A stretch of 63,988 bases of DNA, the filler included, from Eremomyces bilateralis CBS 781.70 (lineage: Eukaryota): assembly GCA_010015585.1 (NCBI GenBank). It is 5 parts of 4 records of this genome, joined end to end, with 100 filler letters (N's around TTAATTAATTAA, not from the genome) between each part and the next. Parts side by side here need not be neighbours in the genome. Positions count along the whole stretch, not along the records: positions 1 to 20,696 come from ML975169.1; 4 more parts are not named here. One strand, 5' to 3'. Below are positions 1 to 10,767 of the stretch, one piece after another. Positions within the stretch are counted from its first letter, which is position 1; the number at the start of each line of letters is the position of its first letter. The notes beneath the pieces were generated by a model that did not search any database, had not been told where the DNA came from, and saw only the letters and a list, made by a program, of their open reading frames with translations. A program made the position numbers and the translations under genes.

Positions 1-77
1 AGATCTTCTCCTTCTCTCTTTAGCAATTCAACAGCGTTACCAGCTTACCAAATCCTTCGTGGTTTGGGCCCTTGACA
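1..77 (+). mobile_element. LTR family A, 3' part (cut by window edge)
   Basis: Near-identical to the 3' ends of the LTRs at 51684-51871 and 55012-55205; ends ...TTGACA. Confidence 0.85.
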
Positions 78-2031
78 AGAAGACGGGTATATCGAGTTAG
101 CGGCGTCGGTCGTGCCGGTATAGGAGCTGCTAAAGTCGATTAAGGCGCAGCAAAAGAGCGTCTCGCGCGAGAGAGAGAGGATAATCTAAGGGATTTAGGG
201 GCCGGTCGGGGAGAGTACTACCGAGTTTAGGGCGCCGGACGGTTTCGGGGAGCACGACGTCCATTTCACCGCTCCCGATAAGGAAGGCCCGGGATAGGAC
301 GCCGGTCTATCTATGAATATCTAGCTCGGTCCCTCTATATCGTTTTCTACGGTTAGGAAGGAGTTAGCAGAGGAGTCGTTTACCTTAAATCGAAAGTAGA
401 GTATCGTATTTCGACTTATCTGCCGCTAGCTAGACCGGGTCTACCGCGACGAGTCCGGAGTTCCCTAGCTCTACTAATTTATTAGAGGTGAGGGCGGGAC
501 GGGAAAATCACGGATCATCGGAGCGGTCGCGGCGCTGTTCGCGAGGAAGGGGATCCCGCACCGCCTACTGGTTATAGCGACCTCGGGAACGGCGGCAGCC
601 AATATTAATAGGGTCACTATCTATTCCGCGTGCGGGTTCTCGAAAGATACGACTCGGTCGGTGGGTCGGAGTACGGACCTAGAGAGATTCGCGCCTAGGA
701 GTTTAACTAATCTCCGCGTCGATAGACGAAGCCGGGCCGTATAGTAGGAAAAGCTCCTGCTCATTATCGACGAGGTTAGTATACTGGGTGAGCGGACGCT
801 GTATATGGTAAACGAACAGCTGTACCGACTTCGAGGGTATGCGGACGACTTTGGCGGGATCCCGATTATCGTGTTCTGCGGGGATTTCCGCCAGTTCCGC
901 CCGGTCTAGGAGCGGTCCATCCTTCTCCCTAGCCAAGTTATTGCGTGGACCGACGATACAGCTTTCCGAGTAGAGCAGAGGCACTAGTACGATAAAGCGC
1001 ACGCGCTATAGAACAAGTTTACTACGGTCGTGATACTCGACGAACAAGTCCGTGCCGCCGGAGATCCACGACTCCAGCAACTCCTCAGGCGGATCCGGCA
1101 CGGCGTACAAGATCAGTCCGATATGGATTTTCTGAACGACACGTGCTACCAGGAAGGTCGACGTATCCCATGGGAGTCCGGCATCACGGTTATCACGCCG
1201 CTGAATCGGAACCGCTGGAATCTGAACGTCGAAGCCACGCTGTCCTTCCAACGCCAAAGGCAAAGCGTGCTTCGGATTTTCATGTCCGAGCACAAGTAGA
1301 AAGATGGCCAGCCTACGGAGGAGGAGGCCCTAATGCTGTTAAGTCAGGGGGACGACAGCGCCATCCCCGTCCCCGCCATCTTTATATTCGTCCAGGGGAT
1401 GCCCATCACCGTAAATCAAAACACCCACCAAGGCCTGAAGCTGGTCAATGGCGCCCGCTATACGGCGTTAGACGTCATCCTCGACCTGAAATTCCCCGGG
1501 CATCGCGTTAACGCCGATACCATGCTCCACTTCGGGCCTCCGGCCGGGATCGTGCTGGCGTCCGAGACGACGAGAGACTACGATTTCGTGGGCATGCCAG
1601 CCGGCACCATCCTCCTAGTACCCGTCAGTGTTAAAATCGACTCCTAGAGAAAGCGGCCGTGGCAGATGCACGACGTCAGCCGGCGAGGATTACCGTGCGC
1701 AGCGGCGTTCGCCTCCACGGATTATACGGTATAAGGAAAGACGTTAGACCGAGTGGCGCTAGAACTTCGCGGCGCGAGGACGACGAACATCGATAGCCAG
1801 GCCGTTCCTAGTTAATGCGATACCTACGGCCTATACGTATAACTATCGCGCTGCCTATCCCTAGATAGGATCATGCTTCTATCTCGAGCGCGAGAAAGGG
1901 ACATTATCGGTAATCGAGTGCCCGAGACCATAGTCGCCGCCGAGAATAGGCTAGAACGGCTGAGCGAGGGGATGATTCAAGACGCGGAACGTTGGGACTG
2001 GTCAACAGAAGAGGGATGGACGGTACATTAA
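78..2031 (+). pseudogene. PIF1-family DNA helicase (Helitron-like), inactivated by stop codons
   Basis: One frame (+1) carries Walker A GEGGTGKS (~487-510), Walker B LIIDEVS (~760-780), GDFRQFRPV, LDEQVRAAGD, AFASTDYTV*GKTLD and LYV*LSR. In-frame TAA/TAG fall at Gln/Trp-type positions, the RIP pattern. Start coordinate approximate. Confidence 0.85.
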
Positions 2032-2522
2032 GGGGAAGTAAACGCGGCCTAGATATACAAAGTAGATTGGCTAGCAGAGCGCAAATAGAGCGAGAGACAT
2101 TGAAAACCGACCCTTTGTAACATTGATCGCTTAATGATGGGGAGACTTCGCCTCTTTTTTTTCCCTCGCATCCCTCCTCTTTTTCTCGAGTCTTTATGAT
2201 CGGAGTCAGTCTTGACAATCAGAGTCAAGTCTCAACGATCGGATTGAGTCCCGACGATCGGACTCAGTCAGGCGCGGGGTCAGAATCAGGCGGTGTCAGC
2301 GAACGGCGAGTGAACGATGCCGAGCGTGTAGTTTCATAACTCGTTAGAATCATATCATACGGGCTAAATCGGGCGGCGATCGCGATGTCGACGAAGGTTG
2401 GGGTGAAGGAACCGAAATCACGTGAAACTCACGTGAATATCATGTGATTTAAGTTTGAGTTGGGAGAAAAGTTGGCCCTCAGGCGTCCACAAAGACCTTA
2501 CGGAACTTCGTTCCTCCAGGCA
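78..2522 (+). mobile_element. Helitron-like element, helicase-side arm and terminus
   Basis: Contains the PIF1 helicase remnant. 2091-2522 recurs inverted at 51042-51473 and homology ends sharply at ...CTCCAGGCA (2522), just after a GGAAC-TTC-GTTCC hairpin. Confidence 0.7.
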
Positions 2523-2756
2523 CTTCTACACCATATGCATCCATCATTCATCATTATTCGCATCGATCTCGTCTTGCCACTATACTGTACTGTATAAGTT
2601 GACCAAGGCGACTTCCTCCGTCGCGAGCAGCAGTGTCTCTTATTGCTTCAAACCTCGCCAAGTGCCCGTCGGCGTGAGACGAACCCTTCGTTCTGAATAG
2701 AATTCTTGGTATATAGCGAAATCTGCTGGTCCCTTCCCCGCTTAGCTCCCGGCATC

Positions 2757-4781
2757 ATGACAAACCGATACCAATACCGAACATTACAACGTTCCAGAGG
2801 TGAAGTCAGACTCCTGAAACTTTTACCGTACGATGGCAACGACAAGCTTAAATTCATTCCCACTTGCAATATCTTCCACGTCAGCCTTCATACGAAACCG
2901 AGGTTTACAGCCTTATCGTACGTCTGGGGAGCTGCTGCCGATTCACGTTTGATACTCCTGGAGAGCTCCCCAGTTCTAGTAACCAAAAACCTATACGATG
3001 CGATGATGGCACTTAGACCTACCAATGAACACATTATAATGTGGATCGATTCCCTTTGCATCAATCAGTTGGATGACGCGGAAAAGAGCTGGCAGGTTAC
3101 ACTTATGGCAGATATCTACCGACAGGCGGAAAAAGTCGTTGCATGGCTTGGTGCAGCAGATGATCAGAGCGATTCCGTGATGGACTACCTGAACTCTTTA
3201 GGAGCACAAGCGGAAGCTTGCGGTATGGACAATGGACCGGAACCCTTTCAAGAAATCTGGCAGAAGCTAGCGTCGAACCTCCCAGGAGCCCGTGACCTAA
3301 ACCGATCAAATGTCATGATGATGACACCAGCTGGCAAAGTACGAACGATTGCATATACTCAGGTGTGCAACCTCTTCTACTCCATCAGTGGCCGGCATGA
3401 TCCATGCAATCCACTACCGCTTGCTGGCATAAAACAGCTCTTTACTCGGCCATGGTGGGGTCGTGTATGGGTTTTACAAGAAATAACTCTTTCAGAGAAT
3501 GCTGAGTTCATTTGTGGGACTAAGAGACTCACACGGCGCAGATGCACTGCTGCTTTTAATGCGTATTGTGCTTTGCGGTTTATTCTCATGGAAAAATTCA
3601 CCCGCGAGCGGCTATCATTGACGCGTAATGAACTCGACATTATTCGACTCTTATTTCAACACCGACCGACCGTCATGCTATCGTCTTGGAATATATATCG
3701 GTATGGCAGATTCCCATTGGCAGCGCTCCTCCGTGCAACATGCGTCGGAAGTATCAATCTGCAGAACCATGGTCCACACCACCTAGAATCAACCGATCCT
3801 CGAGATAAAATTTTCGCTTTGTTGAGTCTGGCGGCAGACCAAGAAGAACTGGCAGATCTGGGTGTGTTCCCGGACTATACAAAATCCTGTAAGGAAATAT
3901 ACACGACGACTATGGCGGCTCTACTTCAACAAGGTCATATATCATTGCTCTCGTGCTGTCAAATGCCCAAATCTCAATCCGGCTTACCATCTTGGGTCCT
4001 AGACTGGTCTCGATCTGTGACAGATATGTTGCAAGACGTGGAAAATGATCATATCGTACTTTACCCGCAGTTTAGCGCTTCTGGAACGGGTCCTTCCGAA
4101 ATTACCATCATCAAGAAAAAGGACGTTATTGAGGGGTTATCAGTGGTAGGCCATATATATGACGAAATACGTGAGGTTGGTCGTTTCCCCGGCAGAACTT
4201 CTAGCCACGAAGTGCCTCTTGAAGAGACGGATTCTTGGCCAGTAAAATGGCTAGTTGAACTACTCCGACTCACATATTACGACAACAAACGCTACACAAC
4301 TTTTAGTGATCGCCTACGTGCAGCAGCCAGCACCTCAATCGGGGGTGTCTGGCATGATCAGAATACACGACTGGCAAGAGTTAGAGATGACTGTTTCTTT
4401 GGGGCGGTAGACCTCTTGCAGAATGGCATCAAGTATATCACGGAACACCAAATCAAACGTAAGGTGTACCAGCTCTTGGCCAACAAAGCTACCCAGCTCG
4501 AGGCCAGGGCCAGTGCGGCGCATGTGAAGCTAGACTCAGAGATTATGGGAAAGAGCTTAGGGCGACTTCCATTCATCACTAGAGAAGGCAACCTGGTCCT
4601 CTCTTCCGAGCATGTCAAGCGTGGCGACTTCATTGCACTAATCAGAGGAGCGCAAGTTCCCTTTGTTCTTCGACGTCAAAGCGGTGAAATTTATCAGCTC
4701 ATTAGCGAAGCGTATGTCGATGGGATTATGGACGGTGAGGTGATAGAGCAGAATAATTGTGGCATCATTAATCTTGTCTAG
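2757..4781 (+). CDS. Heterokaryon incompatibility HET-domain protein (HET-6-like), intronless
   Basis: Motifs VRLLKL, FTALSYVWG, WIDSLCINQ, WQVTLMADIY, WWGRVWVLQE, TDPRDKIFALL, LPSWVLDW and YVDGIMDGE; ATG at 2757; uninterrupted ORF. Confidence 0.92.
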   Translation: MTNRYQYRTLQRSRGEVRLLKLLPYDGNDKLKFIPTCNIFHVSLHTKPRFTALSYVWGAAADSRLILLESSPVLVTKNLYDAMMALRPTNEHIIMWIDSLCINQLDDAEKSWQVTLMADIYRQAEKVVAWLGAADDQSDSVMDYLNSLGAQAEACGMDNGPEPFQEIWQKLASNLPGARDLNRSNVMMMTPAGKVRTIAYTQVCNLFYSISGRHDPCNPLPLAGIKQLFTRPWWGRVWVLQEITLSENAEFICGTKRLTRRRCTAAFNAYCALRFILMEKFTRERLSLTRNELDIIRLLFQHRPTVMLSSWNIYRYGRFPLAALLRATCVGSINLQNHGPHHLESTDPRDKIFALLSLAADQEELADLGVFPDYTKSCKEIYTTTMAALLQQGHISLLSCCQMPKSQSGLPSWVLDWSRSVTDMLQDVENDHIVLYPQFSASGTGPSEITIIKKKDVIEGLSVVGHIYDEIREVGRFPGRTSSHEVPLEETDSWPVKWLVELLRLTYYDNKRYTTFSDRLRAAASTSIGGVWHDQNTRLARVRDDCFFGAVDLLQNGIKYITEHQIKRKVYQLLANKATQLEARASAAHVKLDSEIMGKSLGRLPFITREGNLVLSSEHVKRGDFIALIRGAQVPFVLRRQSGEIYQLISEAYVDGIMDGEVIEQNNCGIINLV

Positions 4782-5049
4782 TAGCTTTCCGAAACAGATT
4801 AGCTGTGCTGTACTACATACTATATTGTTTAGCGTTTGAAGGAGTATAAAGTGATCTTGTACGCAGTTAGTCAGGTTAACAAGCCCATTCTATGTTACAG
4901 TCGAGTAGCTTGCCCCGATCGTGTTGCAGTGGCACCACTCCGACCTAAGTTCGAGAATTTGATCTATGGTAAACCGTGCAGGGTTCGCGAAAAAAGAGTA
5001 GACGATCTACGGAGTCCAACACAAGACTTTGGATTGATGATAGTTATTA

Positions 5050-5473
5050 ACGTATTCCACAAGCGAGTGGCCCATACAAGCGAGTGGCCCAGCTCATTTT
5101 ACTAGTAAATTCGACAAAATTCGATATCAATATCTCAACAACCACTGGATAATATAGTCTGAAAACCTAGAGTTAGGTTTTCCTAGCCATTTCTAGCTTA
5201 CTATTGAAATATTAAAGCCCTAGCTTTTACAGGTATAGAGATACCTACTTCTTGGCAAGATTTAGAGACCAAATCTCTATATCTTTATAACTATAAAATA
5301 TAAAGCTCTAAGATTCTAATAATAAGCTAGAAATCGATAGGAAAACCTAATTCTAAGTTTTCAGACTATATTACCCAGTGGTTGTTGAGATATTGATATC
5401 GAATTTTGTCGAATTTACTAGTAAAATGAGCTGGGCCACTCGCTTGTATGGGCCACTCGCTTGTGGAATATGT
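5050..5473. mobile_element. Fot1/pogo-type MITE, copy 1 (424 bp)
   Basis: ACGT...ATGT ends flanked by TA; about 160-bp inverted arms; no ORF; second copy at 56601-57024. Confidence 0.9.
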
Positions 5474-5487
5474 TACTAACTTAACCT

Positions 5488-5525
5488 AAGTAACCTCCCT
5501 CCCTGTGTGGCGGGCATCCCTGCGT
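5488..5525. repeat. 38-bp dispersed repeat, probable DNA-transposon end
   Basis: AAGTAACCTCCCTCCCTGTGTGGCGGGCATCCCTGCGT; inverted copy with 2 mismatches at 21413-21450. Confidence 0.65.
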
Positions 5526-5546
5526 GACGGGCAAATTCCTAGGTAC

Positions 5547-5616
5547 TGTGACAGTCTTGGGCTTCGCCCAGTCTGTGTATTGTGGCCTTGCGGCCTAAGG
5601 TAGGAAGGATAGGTAG
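5547..5616 (+). mobile_element. LTR family A, truncated 5' fragment
   Basis: TGTGACAGTCTTGGGCTTCGCCCAGTCTG... matches the start of 55012-55205, then diverges. Confidence 0.8.
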
Positions 5617-5815
5617 TGTTATTGTAGGGTGACGGGTTGTGTCTAGATTGATTTTATATACACGAGGCAGATTGACTTATTATACAAATTGGATTTTTGG
5701 TTAGAAATAAGAGAAAAATAGAAAGATGGATAATTTTTGAAAAAAGAAAGATTAAGAGAGTATTAAGAGAGGAAGAAGTTTGATTAGAGGAGGTAGAGGC
5801 GGGTCCTATACCGCG

Positions 5816-6151
5816 TTAGGAGGATTGAGAGTTGCCCGTCAAGGAAATTCGACCCCGGATAGTTCTTTTGTAGGTCCCGGTAGAACTTCGCCGTTTGTAG
5901 CTGGCAGAGGCCTCCCACGGAGAGGACGACTGGACGAGGGGGACGAAGTCCTTTCCGTAGGCGCGGTACTTCGCAGTCTTTGCCTTAGCCGCCTCGTCGA
6001 GGACCGGGAGGGGCGCCTTGCCCTTAACTGAGCTGGCGTGGACGGACACGACGGTAAGGTCGTAGAAGGTCTCTCCAGGTGGTCCGAGGACGGAGATATC
6101 GTGTGATGGTCCCATAGAGCTCGGCACGGATAGACGGATATCACGGATCAT
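5816..6151 (-). mobile_element. Non-LTR retrotransposon fragment, restriction-like endonuclease C-terminus (CRE clade-like)
   Basis: HDISV...YDLTVVS...AAKAKTAKY...FVPLV fits the D..D/E..KxxKY RLE pattern; truncated by the Copia LTR at 6152. Confidence 0.6.
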
Positions 6152-6416
6152 TGTTATGGTCCCAGGCCTGCGGCCTGTTCCCTTGGTTGTGGCTGAAGAC
6201 GTGGCTGGTGGATTATATCAGAGAAGCAAACTGTTGATCGTTTTGGCGTGTCAATCAATCACGGAAACAATAGGATACCTGTTCAGAGGCAGTGAGATGC
6301 TTGTATTCGATCCGAAGTATATAGTTTACCTTGACGGGTATATATACCCAGGGCTTATGTAATCTTATGTAATCTACAAGGTGCGGTGACTAAGTAATAG
6401 CCGCGGAGTTCCGACA
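6152..6416 (-). mobile_element. Copia 3' LTR (family C)
   Basis: TG...CA ends; abuts a minus-strand G-run polypurine tract (6417-6425); second, interrupted copy at 54260-55218. Confidence 0.85.
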
Positions 6417-7195
6417 CACCCCCCCAGATCTAGAAAAGATCTGTATATCACAACCATATCGCGGAGTTATCCTTCTGAATCAGTTACGTTCGTTTCAGTG
6501 ACGGATGTGATCATATCTCGTAGGATTGTAATGAGATGCTGGATAGATCGCATATTCAGGTGCTCGAGGAATTTCCGGTAGTTCTAAGGGGAGAGTATCT
6601 TGGTAAGACCGTCGGCGACCATCTCAGATGTGGAGACCCATTCAACGTTAAGGTCACCAGTCTGGACCTCTTGGCGTAGCCAGAACTGATGGATATCAAC
6701 GTGACGGAGGCGTGAAGTGAGCAAAGGGGTTGGCTTAGAGACAATACCAACTGTCTGCTTATTATCACATTAGATCGTGAGTTCTTGCTCTAGATCAAAT
6801 CTGAGTTAACGGAAGAGACGGTTCATCGCGATTATTTCGCGTGCTGCCCAGGAGAGGGCAAGGAGCTCAGCTTCGGTTGTAGAGGTCGTTACCACTGTCT
6901 GACGGGCGGATTGCCAACGAACGGGGCCGTTGAACAGGTAAATGATGTATCCGTTAGAGGACTTGCGAGTCTCTAGATCATCAGCGAAGGATGCGTCAGA
7001 AGCAGCCTGGACGGGAAGTAAGCTAGCATCTGGAGGAGGTTGTGAAGACCCGGAGTATTCAAGTGCGTGGAATTTCGTCGTCTTTAGGTAGGCGATACAG
7101 CGATCAGCCTCTTCTATATGCCTTGGAGACGGATTGATGTTGTGACGGGAAAGCCTGGATACCGCAAGGGCGATATCAGGGCGTGTGGTCACTGC
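6417..7195 (-). mobile_element. Ty1/Copia pol remnant (RT C-terminus and RNase H) with stops
   Basis: TRPDIALAVSRLS, DASFADD...RKSSNGY, TTSTTEAELLAL, CDNKQ, HVDIHQFWLRQ and ADGLTK motifs. Confidence 0.9.
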
Positions 7196-7211
7196 GGCAT
7201 ATACAAGGGAG

Positions 7212-7998
7212 TCTAGACCATGCGTCTACTACCCGGAGGGGGTCTTCTGCCTAGGGGGCGTTTCTAGTCCTTGCGTCTTCTGTACAGTCCGCTGCGTTAT
7301 GGTTGGGGCCTTGGCACTTGAAGCATTGTCTGCTTCGTGGTATTTCGAAGAACTCTTTAATTCTCACGTATGATCCCTAGATAGAGATCGATCCTTCGTT
7401 AAGTAGTCTATCTTTCTCTGCTTGCGATCTATAGAAGACCACTAACTCGATTCTTAGGTTGGCTGATGGCCGGCTGAGTAGTCGTATACCGCGGATCTGG
7501 GCATCGTTCTCGAAGCAGATGGCCTTAATAATATCTTTATCGATCCGTCGACCTGTCTCTAGGTTGCCTACCGAGAATCTGTCGACTCCTGTTGCTTTGA
7601 CTTTGAAATCCTCGCGGATATTCAATTTTATGTCCTGGAGCGTTAGATCGTTGGCCCACGGTAGTGCTATCTCTATAGTTTCGACTTCCTGTTGTGATCG
7701 AAAGACGAAGCCTATGCTCTCTGGTCGGCGGTTTAGTACGGCGGTGTACTTGTAATTCTTCGTTTCGTCGGTTGCCTGTAGGGTCTTGTTCATTATTTCC
7801 TTAAGCTCCTTATTACCGGCCGAACTATATCGAGAAGCCGAAAGGTTAAGGTTAACCGTCGGTGGCCTATGGTTTTCCCTCCTTATCTGGCCGTTTCCTG
7901 GAGAGGGGATACGTGTCACGACGGGGTCGGAGACGGAACGAAGATCTGGGATGGTGTCTGGTGGTATAATGGCGATCGATGGTAAGAGCATCGTCGGG
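7212..7998 (-). mobile_element. Decayed fragment of the Tad1-like LINE ORF1
   Basis: Translation nearly identical to part of 45135-46502 (DTIPDLRSVSDP...LLNEGSISI), with added stops. Confidence 0.9.
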
Positions 7999-8012
7999 GA
8001 AGAGGGGGGTAG

Positions 8013-8229
8013 TGTGATGAAGTGGACTTCCACCATGCACAAGTCACCATATTTGTGTCACGGGACTTACCACTTCATCACCTGTAGACTTTACAACCTC
8101 CTGTTGACGTAGACGTAGATTCTTCCCTCTTCATAGATGAATCTAACTTGTTACGTTACTACCTTGATTTTACATCATCCAGTATCAATCCGTGACAGAT
8201 GACTAAGTAATCAGCTCGGATATCTGACA
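8013..8229. mobile_element. LTR remnants
   Basis: Purine tract GAAGAGGGGGGTAG precedes TG; internal TGTCACGG...CCGTGACA unit (8056-8197); tail GACTAAGTAAT...GACA resembles the LTR-C end; no TSD found. Confidence 0.45.
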
Positions 8230-8291
8230 GAATGAGACCGTGGTGAAATGCCAAGAAATACAGGCATTCTGTGACACTACCCTCTGCATGC

Positions 8292-9927
8292 CTACAACTT
8301 GGCCTTAATCCACAGCTCTTCTTCCTCTTTCTCTGCTTGCTTTCTGGTCTCTTCCCATGCTTGAATCTTTGGAGCGACCATACCGGCCCATACCTTCAAC
8401 CATTCGTCGTCAAACGGCGCCAGTGCGATGCCATTGGTTCCTGGTACCGGATCTCCAGCTATGTTACGAAGGAATTCAAAGTAGTCGCGATAGTTTGGTG
8501 CAATGGAGTAGTAATTCTTCCCGCCAATAAACTCCGCAACCCGTTTAGTCTCCCACTCTTTCTGTTCTGCGGCTGGCGGGAGTGGCTTCGAGCGGCCTGC
8601 TAAATGACGTGCAACTGCGACAGCTTGCCATTCGTACACGCGGAAAGTAAATCCTCCACCGAGCTATCAGGATAGTCAATTTCAAGATCAGTCGGCAGAA
8701 CGTTGCGGCTGGACTCACCATTCCAACGAACGTAAGAGTTGGATCATCGATATTCCATGTGTGCTGGTAGACGCCGGGAAGTCGACGATATGCTCCCTTA
8801 ATTGTCTTTTGCACTTCGGGTATCCACGGTAGGCTGAAAGTGTAGCCGGTCCCAAAGATGACATGATCGACGTTGTCGACAGATGAGCCGTCTTCGAAGA
8901 AAATCCTTCCGCTTTCGGGATCGAACTGAGTGATTTGTTTCTTGACCACTATATGTGGATGAGTCCAAGGAATGAGTCCAAATGCCGGAATTGGATCGCC
9001 CCGTAGCGCTCCGAGTACTGGATGCTGCGCGTATGGTAAAATTTCATGGATGATTTCCGACGAAGACACGGACGCTCCAACGACAATCACGCGCTGCCAA
9101 CAAATCAGCAATTACCCAGTTTTTAGGAAGCGCCACATACCTTTCCCTTGTAACCTTTGGCATTTCTAAAGTGCTTGCTATGGATTATCCGCCCTGGGAA
9201 TCGCGCGTCGTACTCCAAGAGACCAGGAATCTTCGGAAGCCAAGGCACATTATAATGCCCACTCGCCACGACCAACGCATCGAAGCTCTCTTGCCACCAC
9301 CAATTCTTACCCGGCTCTTCCTTTCGAAGCGTCAGCACCCATTTGTCATCAATCTTCTCTGCCTTCTCCACAGTCGTGTTTAACTCTAGAAGCTTGTCGT
9401 TTCCGTTGCGAACAAAGACATCTTCGACCCACTCGCGAATTAGCTCGCGATCCCGGTACGGCGAATCTCGTCCATATTTCTTGCGAAGATCTGGAGAGAC
9501 TGTTGCTGGGAAGGGATATCTGGTGTAGCTCATGATAGGATCTACGATATTGCTGTGCAAGTTCTCATGGAGCGGCGTATCGGAGAAGCGAAACTGGTGA
9601 CTGTTTACGGCCTCCGATTTTGGAGTCACTGCAGGGAGCTGCGAAGGAATTTGTACTGGCACATCTCCATTTCCGGCGATTAAATCGCTCAACGAAGGAA
9701 TTTTTGCTGGGAGATGTGGTGTATAGACCCTATCTCGTAAGTTAAAAACTTCCGCGTTGTTGTATCTTAGGAGGCCGATGTTCAACTTACCAAACACCTC
9801 CGGGAATCGCCTTTCGTTCGAACACTCGGATAGTATCAAAAGCCTGCTCTTTAACGAGAGCATCCGTGGCAATGGCTCCAGCCGGTCCGGCCCCGATTAC
9901 TGCGACGCTCCTTGCTTTAATAGCCAT
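8292..9927 (-). CDS. Flavin-containing monooxygenase (FMO-like), 3 introns
   Basis: MAIKARSVAVIGAGPAG FAD motif, ASGHY, FPGRIIHSKHF FMO signature, VVGASVSS NADPH motif and GTGY; GT-AG introns near 9730-9790, 9095-9138 and 8665-8718. Confidence 0.9.
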
Positions 9928-10358
9928 GGTGCTCTACAATATTCTTTCGCGGTGAGTTTGACTTTGTAAAACCTCTAGGTTAGATCTAGAAACAAGAGCA
10001 GTTCTCCTGCCAATCGGTCTAGAAAAGGGTATCTCCTTATCTCTGTTGCATGGATAGGATACCGATCCCGTAGCTCCATTCCGCCATCTGCGCACCCATT
10101 ACGTCTTCCGTAGCCGCCAGCACACAATGTTCGTAAGTAGTGCAAACGCAGGCAGGAGTCCAGAGAGCAGATCGCCTCCCACGCCGCTTCTCCACCTATG
10201 ATGCCATCTAGTCTAGCATTGACGAATTCGTGTGTTGCGAGGTACGTGCATTCTTGACTAGCCTGAAAACCCCAGCTTGGGCTCTGCAATGATTGTGTTT
10301 AGTGACTATTTACTGAAAGCATGGAGGTTTAGAGGTGGCACGAATATTCGTAGTCGAA

Positions 10359-10519
10359 TGTTATGGGCATGGCCCATGGTTGGCATAGGCTGAGAGCCTA
10401 AGCCTAATCAAAACTAGCGTAGAGATGGAACCTCATCCGGATGAATACACTGCTACCCCTGTAATGCGCTAGGACTGAGTAGGAAACTCCCTTGTCATAT
10501 GGACCGTGCGGTGAGAACA
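10359..10519. mobile_element. Diverged solo LTR related to family B
   Basis: TGTTATGGG...AGGCTGAGAGCCTAAGCCT is shared with 50904 and 54390; the right end is approximate and no clean TSD is seen. Confidence 0.5.
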
Positions 10520-10767
10520 AATCAGAGACTCAGAGTGCAAACCGGAAACCGATTCTGCTCGCGACTGTATATGATACTGTAGCAATACCTGCCGTGAATT
10601 ATGATTCCCTTCCGACGTTGTCCCACCCTCCGCAAAATGACCATGGACTTCTCACCAGGTGACGTATGTGGGGTGATCCATGTCCCGACCTCGCCATCCA
10701 CCTCCCACCCATCTCCTCCCAACTTCGGTCCACATGCAATGGCCCCGGAAGACGTCCAATCTTTAAA

